64,000 nt of DNA from contig NC_047031.1 of assembly GCF_902652985.1 (NCBI RefSeq), forward strand, positions 8,618,001-8,682,000, given 5' to 3'. This document shows, one piece after another, positions 49,248-61,800 of this stretch (position 1 is the first letter of the stretch; each line of letters begins with the position of its first letter). Both the position numbers and the translations under genes were made by a program. This DNA is from Pecten maximus. Lineage: Eukaryota. The notes under the pieces were generated by a model. The model had not been told where the DNA came from, did no database searches, and worked only from the letters and a program-made list of their open reading frames with translations.

Positions 49248-49875
49248 TTATGCAGATGTATCACTCGTGCTGCTAGGCATGATCTCCTCGTAGGTATGGT
49301 TACCAGTTGAGGACGCTACTGAATCAATGTATGGGTTGGATTCGGATTTCGGCCATGTTCCCCATGTTACATTTTGTTTTAGTTTTAGCTTAGAAAACGA
49401 CACAATTGGTCTGGGTATTTCACAGAACCAATACTTTATATCACTGTCTTTGGCAGTAGTATATGTCATTGTACTACTCCTTTTTCGTGACGTCACTGAT
49501 GACGTCGTTGCGATAGATGACGTCACGTCAGTATCATCAAATATATTATTCACATCTTTCTTCACATGAGGTCGTGGAATTCGTAGAGAATCGAAACCTT
49601 GTGAATCAACCACACTTTCTGTACTTGTCTCCGGGAGAGTTGAATAGCCAGACTCGTTACCACTCGATGACGTCACATTTTCACTCGATGAATTTTCCAT
49701 CTTTACTGTGGATATATACGGGACGGTTGACGTAGAAACGTAAGGCCCGGATGTGGCCGACACATAAGGGCCCGATGACATTGTCACATAGGGACATGCT
49801 AACTGGTACACCTCATACTCCGACACTGTCGAGCGGTCGTTAGCCTTCTGTCTTGCCTTTTGTTCCCTCTTTCTC
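49248..49875 (-). CDS. Cytoplasmic-tail exon (Ser/Thr-rich, multiple Tyr motifs)
   Basis: ORF 49248-49826 extended to the tccag acceptor at 49877; phase 2 matches the TM exon. Confidence 0.88.
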
Positions 49876-52800
49876 CTGGAAAGTCAAAAAATAGACCAGT
49901 GTAGTGAAATAAATATCCTTTTAATATTACAGACAAATCAGTTTATATAAAATATATTGCAAAACACCCACTATTCATCAGTTTTCTCTTAACACATATG
50001 ATTTATTTTGACATTATTTCCAAATTAGTTGGATTTAGTTGTACCAATGAATATTTCAGTGCTTCCATGGCGACCCCGATGTCCATGCATGACTGCAAAT
50101 ATCAGTAAACTGATGAAACAGAGGATAAATAAAACATTTATGTTATCTCTCTCATGCAAAGATTAGTTCTACAATATCCAATAAATTCTACAATATCCAT
50201 TAGAAAAAAAAAACCTACAACGTTTACCCTAAAACGTGAAATTTTTTTGAAAGATGCTCATTCGTGAACTTTAGTTTTGACCAGCTCTTCCGTGGTTTTT
50301 ATTGTTACTGCTGTTCCAAAAATTTCATCAGAGAAACTATAAACCTTTTGGAATATTTTCATTCAAAAAATTGCTTTCTGTGATACATACATACGTACAT
50401 AGTACACTGACAAAAAGAATCACATCAATATTTCCTCTCTTCATCAACACTTTATATGCTCAAACTTACTTCCTCCGGCGTCTATTGGCTATCAGGAGAA
50501 CAATGCACACCATATTCAGTAGGAACACAGCCGAGATTGACGAGGACATCAGGACAGTCTCTGTAGAGTAGGCAAGCTCAACAAATTATCACCAGGTTTA
50601 TCAAACAGCAACATCCATCAATATTTCATTAATATATCGTTTACATCAACAAACAAATACAATGCTAATCTTCAGTATGCTTGACACTTGATATAAGCAA
50701 ATTTATTTTAAGTCGGCTAAATAAAAGCAGATAGCCCTAGCATTATATTCCGTAGCTGTTTTCAATCAAGGATTCAACGAAACCATGTGACACTATTAGC
50801 TATATTTCGTAAATTAACATTCAAATCTTTTTCTTGTCCCAAAGACTCAAAGAACTTCCCAGAAGTAAAACAAATCGTATCATTTACCAGATATGTTCGC
50901 CTCGTTAACATCCGGGTTCTGACCAGGCTTCTCCATGTCTGCCTTGTCTCGATCTTCGTCAATTCCTATGGACCAGGCAGGAAAAAAATTAACATTTCGT
51001 AACGCAGCAAAAACTACAGCTTCCGTAAATGATTTCAAACTTTAGATGCTTAACACGAAACATGGCGATGAGGACAGATACTCCGCTGTATTTATCAATC
51101 AATTCAGGGCCAACTTGTTTTTATGGAAACTATATTGTGTGTGTGAATATAACTTGTTTCCTTCGTTTTATTTTCTAAACTTTCACCTCGATTGCAATTG
51201 TCTAGCAGTTTTTTGTATTGATACAGTAAAACAAATAGGTATATATTCCTGTCTCATCTTACAAAAATTAAGTTCCTGGAGGAAAATTGAACACCAAAAT
51301 ATTCATAAAAAACTTTGACAATTCACATTTAAACAATGCATTAGAACACGTTATCAATAATGTCTTTAATTAGCAATCAAGAGATGTTTTCTATAACATT
51401 ACGATAAATCATTTTTCGTTGATTCTTACCACTTAAGGAGTAAAGAATTGGTCAGGATTGCAAACAAACAGCAATAGTTTGTTATTCATTGACATAAAAA
51501 CTAATTAAATTGATGTTAAATTTGTTAATCATAACTAATTGATCACATGTTTAATATGTTAATCTTATATCAACCTTACCTAATTGGTCGTTGTTATGTC
51601 TGAATCTGTCTCCGGATGTATCCCCCCGCTGTGTGTTCATATCAGTAAGAGAAGTGGACACCATATCTGTAGTGTGTAGCCCATGCATTAGAATATCCGG
51701 CGATGCAGACGATATTACTCCGCGCATCTGATCACTATCTAGCGTTTCTGTTCGATCTGTCTGATGTCCCGCTAGAGAGTTTGTGTATGAAGGAGATATA
51801 TAAGATGGCTGTAATCCTCTATTGGTTTCATTCGGATCAAAACCATTCTCTTTCACAGCATCTGGATCTATCGAATGACCGGATCCATTCGAGTTACCAG
51901 ACATATTGTAAGTAGATACGTGGATAGCCGAGAGGTCACGATTGTCTTTTTGTAGATCCGATAAGGTTATTGTGTGGGTCTTGTCAGCGTTAATTTCGGG
52001 GAATTTCCTCACGAAGAAACCTCCCTGGGGGATGTAGTAGAAATAGACCACCAGTATCTACAAGAACATATTCATGAAATAGTAATTACCTATTAACATA
52101 AGTAATACCTTTCACGCATATATCAACGCCCTATTAGAACAAAATAAGAGCAAAAATATTTGCCATAAACATGAGTCTTTTTTGCAAATGAAATAAAATA
52201 GTATCCAACGAAATCGACAAAATAAAAAAATATATATATAATATCAGGTATTCACAGGATATTTATTTATTTGTTTATTCTCATTTATTTGTTATCATTT
52301 TTGACATGATGTAAAAGTGGACCTTATGAATAAATTGGTTAATAATTATTGTCATTTTACTGTTGTTTTTAAAGTTCGTTCCCGGAATAAACTCATTCAT
52401 CGTAGCTTATTTTCCCTTGATATGACTCTAATAGTAATGAAATTTTCACTATACTATATAGAAAGCAACAGAATAAGCAATAAAAATATATTTAGCAATA
52501 ATACTTCATATTCAAAAAAGCAACGCTAATGATAAAATCGTACACAGTAATCAAACGGACTGTCACATACATATCACATTGCTTTCCGTTCTATCAAGAT
52601 TAATCGGTTTTAATGCTAGTCACTGAAAGTGAACATAATACCAATATTGACACAACGTCATAATTCATTAAGCAATTACAAAATAATTAAACAGGTATCT
52701 AATATTATATCCCATACATTTAATTATCTAAATTCTGCACTGTCGTTTATGTCGTTTACCTGGAATTCTGCCTTTCCTGGTATTCTCTGGTCCTGCACCG

Positions 52801-55800
52801 GAATCTGCTCCAGGTCCACTTACTGAACTTCCTGATGAAGATGTACCTGAAGTTCCGGATGAAGATGTACCAGAACTTCCTGATGAAGATGGACTTGAAC
52901 TTCCTCTTGCAGATGTATCTGAACTTCCTGATGAAGATGTACCTGAAGGTTCGGATGAAGATGTACCAGAACTTCCTGATGAAGATGGACTTGAACTTCC
53001 TCTTGCAGATGTATCTGAACTTCCGTTTCTGACTCCAGATCCAAACTGTTCATTGTCGGAACTGGCCCTTCCACTAACGCTTCCGCCAAGTGACCCACCC
53101 TCACCATCTAATGATCTTTGAGATCCACCAGTAACTCCAGTACTTCCGCCAAAAGACCCTTCCGAACCAACCGTTCCATCGCCTGAGGTTTTGCGTCCAT
53201 CAGATGAACCAGTTGTCCCGCTCGATGAGCTGCCTGTTCCATCCCTAGTATCGTTTATTTTCCTTTCCATACCAGTTGTACTCTTTGTACCACTGATCCT
53301 TCCGTCAGATGAATCAATATTTCCATTAATCAAAGTTCCAGATGATTCGGTGGTATCAGTGCTTCCAGCATCTGGACCGTCCTTCCCCACATCAGTGGCC
53401 TGTGTCACGTGTCCGTGTTCGTCCAATCTGCGCCCAAATGCGTCGGTTTCATTCCTCAGAGCGTATGGAACTTCTATTGGTTTTCCATCGCATAAATCTA
53501 AATTGAGATAGGAAATAATATATATACCTGATACAGTGAAATAATACAAATAATTAATGCAACTTAAACATTTAACCTGTAGGATGTAACGTTAGTGTCC
53601 ATTTCATATGAAAATGGTGATAAAGGTCATTTATTTCAAGCACGCCACTGGCAAATGATGAAAAGATCCTTACAGAAATATCTTAAGAATTATAAACAAA
53701 GATCCGTTTCCACACAATGCTTAAATTATTAATCTGTTCGTTATCACCGCTTCATATTGATTGTCTCCATGTGATATAGAAATTCATGTCATCCTTTTAT
53801 CATTAAAATGTGACGTCACGATATATATATATACACATATAAAGGTTATCTATTGCATAAAGCCACAATCAGGTGACAAATAAGGAAATGCCGTTCAATA
53901 AAAATGTCAAATGTGCATCCAAGCGATAAAACAGTTGCATGTAAACTAATGGAAGATTGTTTCTGTTTACATTGTTAATCCTCATCTTACAGCACTTACA
54001 AAGCGCGAACTCTTTCTTCTGACATTGTCTAGTGCGCGTCATGTCAGCCCAAAATTCGTTCCGTGTTAAACGTCGATATGGGTCCGCGCATGCGCACTCT
54101 CCATCCACACAAGTTGCTGGGAATTCACATCCAACATTTCCCCCACATATGTCGCTAATGAAACCGGCCGTTTTTGTCCTACAGCGGCCATCTTGTGACG
54201 TCTCAAACACGTCATAGCATTGACATGTTCCATCACAATCCGCAAAGGGAGATAAGCAGTTTGAATTGGCAGGGTTGCAGACGTCGCCGACTAGTACAGC
54301 TAAATATTCAAATACAGAGAAAATCAATCATTTCTTCACTATCCTTTTACGCTTAATACAAATATTACATTACATGTTCTAATCAGCTGTAGGTTCAAAA
54401 CATATTATTGTCGTAATATTGTATTTACATACATTAATTAAGTTATAACAATATGATTTTCGTGTTAAAGGGGAACAACTCATGTGTTAAAGTGTAAAGA
54501 GAATACTTGTGGACTATTACAAAATGGGAAAATATACATCAACCATAAATGATAGGTACACTTTATTCACTCACAAATTGAGGATTTTTCGTAATCTTTT
54601 TGATCAACAGACAGAAAGAATTGATTCATGCATTTTGTCATCAACTCACTCATATTATTTTATACGATATGCTGCCTTCTATGAAAGTTTTTTTTATGTA
54701 TTATTAAGCTATTAGTCATAGCTAAGCTACATACTCTGTATTCAGGTTATATATATATACAGTCTGTGCATCCAAGTGTGTGTGAAAGTTGTCTTTGTTT
54801 CTTTCTGTATCATGTAATTACTTTATGTGAAAAATCTGAATAAAAATGTCAAATGTAAAAAAAAAAATGCTTTTCATATAATTTATCGTACCATCAATTA
54901 CAATTACAATTACAATTACAGTATCGGTTATTGTCCATTTAAAAGAATAGTTTCAATCAATGTCTTTGCCATGGACAATCACCGTACGTAAACCATGCTT
55001 TTAATATTAAAGTAATCCTAGCAAATTGCGAACTGCATTACTTACCAGCTAGACAAGTCGTTCGGTCATCCGACGGTACATATCCGGGATTACAAAGACA
55101 GACGTATCCGTCACACGCCATCGGACCACAGTATGAATGATCCGGACATTGCTCGTGCATAAAACATTTTCCAAGAATGTCCGCCATCTCCCAGTCCTTA
55201 TTTGTCCCATATGGAAACATTCCATCGGAACCTTCCGGACCTATTTCATAGCTCTTTCTCCAATCGCCCTGAGTCATTCCACTTCCTTTTCCGGTGTTCC
55301 ACAGAGACGGTTCATCGTTTCCGGAGTTAGCTAAATTTTGTGAACCAGATGTATTTCCGTCATCACCGGATCCCACCTTTCCGTCAAATCCAGTGTTTGG
55401 AGGGATTGTAAACAGTTTCCAAAGAAACACATTCGAATCCGGATTAGAAGGACCGGTGTTGTTTTTACCTTCATTCCACTCTTCCGCATCCGGCCAGTAG
55501 GTTGTATCTAAAGTAATCAAACAAAGGGAACATATACTATACATATACAGAAACAATAGATTTTCATTTGGAAACAATATATTTTGAAAAGGTAACAAAA
55601 CGTTTTGTAAAGAGACAATACAATTGATTAGGAAACAATGGATTTTTATTACAAAACAATAGATTTTCATTAGGAAACAACATATTCCTATTAGGAAATA
55701 AGATCTTTTGTAAGCAACAATACGTTATAGAAACAATATATTTTGTTTAAGATTTATTAGTAAAAAACTATTTTCATTTAAAATCCACTTATTCTCAAAT

Positions 55801-58800
55801 ATCAAATCTATACCAATAGGAATTTTCTATTTGCCAATATTTTTCTATGGATTAGTATTCGTAAAAAAAAAAAAGGAATATATAACATTTAATATTTTGA
55901 TAGCTTGTTATAGATGATACGTACTATCATTATAGAATGTATCCTCTGTTAGTCCCTCGGGTAGAGCTATAGGCTCACCATTACACTCTCCTGTGGAGAA
56001 ATACAACAATGAAATACATGTTTTATACATTGTTAAACAATTGAAACAATAAATTATATAGTGTGAGGTGCATTAGAATATTTTATTGTAAATTAGACAG
56101 TGCGTTATATAAATTCTGTATATCATTACCATGTGCTACACGTGAGTTGTACTCAATACATATTTCACAAATTATTAAGGTATGGTTTTTTTGTTTTTTT
56201 TTTGCGTCATGATGCTGTATATTTTTAAGTAAAGGCGAGTAATATATGTGAAATATGTGAATATGTGAATACAGAGGAATATTGAGTATAGATACCAGTA
56301 TCTGTAAATGTAGTAACAAAAAAGGATTTGTCAGAATGTTGGTACATGTATGTATATCCGAGTTTTAAACTTACAACGCAAGACTTTATAATATATAATA
56401 TATGTATTATCCTGAAATAAAATCATAGCCCAAACCAAGTTAACATTAATTAAACTTCAAAAAGAGGCGTTTAGGGCAGGGCTTTCTCGGGGTCCCGAAC
56501 GATTATATCAAAATAAAAAAAAATAAAAAATAAAAAAACAAAAACAAAAACAAAAACAAAAACAAAACAAAAAAACAAAACAAAAAACAAAAAAAAAACA
56601 AAAATGGCTTACTGTATGGATCTTAACATTAAATTAGCAAATGCAAATATGGAAATACCCAAACGATATGATCCAGTGAAATAAAAAATGTGAAATGTTT
56701 CCGAAACAAATTCTCATCAATGTATCTTTAAATGTTTCCTGCCTTTACGGAATCTTATACGAGCATAACTAAAAATAATATTTAAAAACTTTCTTGTTAA
56801 AAATGTTCTAATTATTCTTCAAAAATTGTAAATTAAATTGTAAATTAAGGAGATTTCTAAATTCTTTTCCTCCGTTTCCCCCTATCTCTACTCTTCTTAA
56901 ACTCACATTCTCAAAAATAAAATCACTTTATGTAAATTATAATGCCATCTTGTGTAAATATTTGTGTTGTACATTGTTTTGGGGAAAGGGCTTATATAAG
57001 TTTAAAAACTTGTGCCCGATCTCTTTGTATATTTATGATACAATACAATATGTTGAAACTAAACATAACTTATCATACTTAGTGAAGAGCTTTCTCTGCT
57101 ACATAGAGAAGTTCCGAATGGGTCGGCCCAGAATTCCTCGGCAGTTTTCCTTCTGTACGGGGTACGACACTGACAAGTTCCGCTGACGCAACTTCCGGGA
57201 TGGTCACATCCTTTTCCTCCACAACTCTCTCCAATAAAGTTAGCTGTTTTAACCTTACATCTACCATCAGCTGATGAGACGAATGGATCGTAACAGCGAC
57301 AAACACCAGCGCATGCGGCGAAGGGAGAAATACACTTAGATACATCCGGGTCACACTGTTCTCCGGCTCTTACAGCTACAAGCAACAACATAATTAACCA
57401 AAGATAATGTTAGATCGATACAGACATCGGTATTTTGATATATAGAGCGTTATTTTGACATTTGATTTAAGGTGAATGATGTGGTAAATGTTTGCTTTTC
57501 ATATTATCAACAAATGATCTGTAATTATGATTTCTGTAATTTTTTCGTGTTCTTTTTTTTTTTTTTTTTTTGCAATCATTTTTTAATCATCAAAACTAAG
57601 ATTAGGTATATTGAATAATTTTTTTTATTTGTATCCAAAAATTATTCCGGACTTTTGAAGTTTATGAAAGGAGAGTTTGCATGCATGAATATATAGGAAA
57701 TTTACGCCAGACTATCTTTCGATGTCTTTCTGAGCCCTGGGCTTGTTAACAATCAGGTACAAATATAATTGTACAATCTCATTGTACACCATGGAAAGAA
57801 ACAATATGCATTTATGGCCCTGGCTTGCCCGAGCGAAATATGAGAGATGAGGGTAAACAAACCTTCATATTACCCGGCATCCAGGGCATAAATTGTTTAT
57901 TATACCGAAAAAGAGTCAGTAATGATGATACTCAAAAATAAACTAAAGATATGAAATAACATTTTTATCACAAACCCCTGTGATTCAGGTCGTGAATAAG
58001 GTGTATTGATACGATTCCAAGTCAAGGTGTTTTTGACAGTTTCTTTTAGAAACTCTTTGAAACAGTTGGCGTGTACGTTTTTTGATATTTTCGTGTTCTG
58101 AGCAATCTTGTTTTGCAGAATTCTATCTATTTCCGCTTCTTCGACTGCACGAAAACGTTTGCCGTTTCTGGTCGTCTGCCATTTGTAAATAACTGGAAGG
58201 GAGACAACTCCTCGCAACAGAATGTGGGGGTCACTATGGGGGGCCCGCGGTCCAGGTAGATATGATATTTGTCTCCCTGGCTCACGCGCCTCGTGGAGAT
58301 GTGATGTTTTGTCCCTCTCCCACGTGATGCGTTTCGGCTAATCACAGGCACTGTTATAAACATGAGGTATAATAAGAGATTATGTTTCTCATTGTTCCCT
58401 ACCTTTTAGACACGTTTTCTTGTCATCAGAAGCCACGTAGCCTCGAGTGCATATACACACATAGCCATCACATGACCTCGGACGACATCTGGAGTTCGCT
58501 GGACAATGCCCGTGCCTAGAACATGTTTCTAGAAGGTCTGAGACGTAGCCGGTGGTAGAGGAAGCAATGGTCGATGTTTCTGTGGTAGAGGCCGAGGTGG
58601 TTTCTATCGTGGTAAGTATGGTAGAAGGTGACATTGTCGTTGTTGTTAATCCTAATTTTGACCTGTAATCTTTTTTAAGAAATAAGAAATGTTAGATCGG
58701 AGTACTTTCTGAGAGTTTGGCTTTTAATCAACGAGTAACATTGTGTCATTGTTGTTGAGGTTTCTATGTATCAAATAACGCCAGCTATCCTTTATATCAT

Positions 58801-61800
58801 ATTTGTACATAATTATTCATAACCGACATTTACATTTCAAGGTCAAAATAGAATCAGTGTTTATATACGGTTATAAAGTGAAATCTGTTAACAAAATCCT
58901 TTATTTTGTGTGTAGAAACTTGTGACCATATCGACATGTCTATTTTTCAAGTTTGGTTATTTCTGTGACTTAAAATTGTATGCTGCTAAATCTCACCACA
59001 AAGCCATTCTACATATAAACTGTACAGCAAATTATTTATGATTTTGAGAAACTACATATCCAGACTAGCATCTTGGTGTGTAACATGACTAGATTTGAGC
59101 AAATTGGCTCTTTTTTAAATTCAACATTTTTTCTTATTTAGATTACCCTTAAATTTGTGAGGTAGACACTTACTGGTGATGTAGTCTGCCCACTCTGGTA
59201 ACAGCTCCTCTGGCACGTCAATCAGCTTCCCATTACACAACACTGTAACCATGACAACACGTTATTGTCGCTTGTCTATCTAATATGCTATAGTTTCCGT
59301 TTTACTCATAAAGAATCTTTAACGAAGTATGATATATCTTACCTAAGTTTATAACCTCCCTATCCAGTTTTAATTGCTTATGGCAGTACGCTTTTAATTT
59401 GTATTGATTCATACTCACTGATTGAGAAAGACGCCTCCTGACACTGTTTTGTCTCTAACGGGTAAATCCAAGCCTCTTCCTCAGTCAGTTTCCTCTGTGG
59501 TGTTAAACACGCGCACACGTCATTCTCACAGGAAGCAGGATACTCGCACCCAATTCTACCTCCACAAGATTCACCTACGAAAGCCGCTAAAGAGTGCCTA
59601 CAACGTCCGTCTTCGGTCGGTATGAATGGGCTATAGCACTGACACCTACCGGCACAATTTGCAAAGGGAGACAAACATGTGTCTGTGTTTTTGTTACAGG
59701 TATCGCCGATTTTGACAGCTGAATGGGAATAAAATGAATAAAACATTAAATTTATGCCAAAGGACTCATAATAGCATGAGCTGAATGAGATTGAAATACA
59801 TGTATAAAATATCGTGAATCATTTGTAAGCATTTCTTATCGTGATAAATACATTTTGTCGATTGCATGGATTTTGAATACGACAAAAAGAACCCCAAAAA
59901 CAATACAAAACATTGATATACCTAAGCGATTTCTGTAAATATTGAGATAAGAACAGTATTGTTACATTTACGTATCACTGATTACTTCCCAAACAATTGA
60001 TCTTCATGTATTGTCTTAATAAATCTGTAATTAATGGTCAATGGATTTAATACAGCAGTTGTACTCTTCCATACTATCAACGCATACAATGGTCAATGGT
60101 CAGCGTTCGATATTATAACAAAATTTGAAGAAAAACATGACATTTTACTTTATTACCGTATTTTTGTGAAGTCCGAACTACAACTGATTTTTTTTCTTAA
60201 CGATTTTATCACTATGATCTTTCATATTCTAAGTGTAATTCGATTTGTGTAATTGTTCGCTCTGAACAACTTGCGCTAATATGCTAATTTTAGTCTCTGT
60301 CGATCGTCACTAGCGTTGAAACACTTGAATGCATTAAAAGCATGGGTGTGCTAAGATAAATATACTTTCTTTTAAAACATAACTGATAACCAAACATCTT
60401 AAACCGGAATTCCAGTCAATGATAGAGTTATTCCCCTTACCATGAAAGCAGAAACTGTTATCTTCTGAAGACGTGAAGTTTGTGTCACATAAACACACAA
60501 AGCCTTGACACGCATTCGGGACGACATCTGGCGGATGTTGGACACTGAGTGTGACTTGTACAGGATGTATACAATTTTCGACTGTTTGGATTAGTGTTCA
60601 AAATTGATCCTATAGCGTCATTTCCGGTTTCGTACCAATTCCTAGTCGTTTGAATGCTTGTAAAGGACGGTGTAGTAGGCATCATTTCTGTTGTTGTTTC
60701 GGGACTCCAGGTAGTGTGTAATTCTGCTAGTCTTTTATCTATCAAAAGAACATACGAAATTTTACTATATTTGCAACAAATGATAAAACATGTGATGTAT
60801 AAGAGGTTGTACATTGGTGGTATTAAAATATCAATCTAATTTTATATAACTTATGTTTTTCGACCAAGTTGTCACCTAAAAGTCAGGATTGTAATTTAAA
60901 GAAGAAAAAGCTGAAATCCAAAGGAATCATGTCAACTGCGAAATACAAGTTATTTTACACGATAGCATGTAAAAAGCAAATTGAGAAAAAAAAAGTAGGT
61001 TGTAATACTTTTCATGCAGCTCATATCAAACAAAATTGATTCATATGATTATATTGAAATACAATCTTCGAATTCATTCTATATATCTCCTTACTGCAAC
61101 AATAGGCACATGTTTTTAATCGTCATATCATTCAAGTAGCAAATCATATAAACTCTGATTCTTGCCATCAGTAAAAGCATGTACAGTACTCTACCGGTAG
61201 TGAAACTCTTCAACAAGACATTTCTGTACAGTAAGGAAGAAATGTATAAAACAAAACATAATTATAAAGACAAGGGACATCAGTCTAAATCATAGCTATC
61301 TTTTTTTCAGATGTGCATATTTTCTATAACTAGATTTCCAGATTCCAATTTGGTTTGTGAAGAGAAGAAAGTAATAACGGTGCCGTGATAGTAAAATCAT
61401 TTCTGGTGAGTTAAGATGCAAAGCAGGATGGAAATAGAATGCGTTTAGAATTGTGTTTTATTTACCTTCAAGCAGGTGCTGCCATTCGTCAGACAAAGGT
61501 ACCGGAACATCTATATACCTTCCGTTACACATAACTTGAAATGAAAATCAGAAGATGAAGACAGATATATAAGTACAAAACGTAACTATGGCGTAAATAA
61601 AATAATTTAATGTTGAACTAGATAATACCAGTTTGCATGTTAAATAAATAAATAAATCTATAAATAAAAATGAATGCAAAAGGCAGTGTACGCACACTGC
61701 CTTTTGCATTCATTTTTATTTATAGATTTATTTATTTATTTAACATATGTATAGAAAACGGTGTCAAACGTATTTTCTTTAATGCTAAACAAATAAAATA

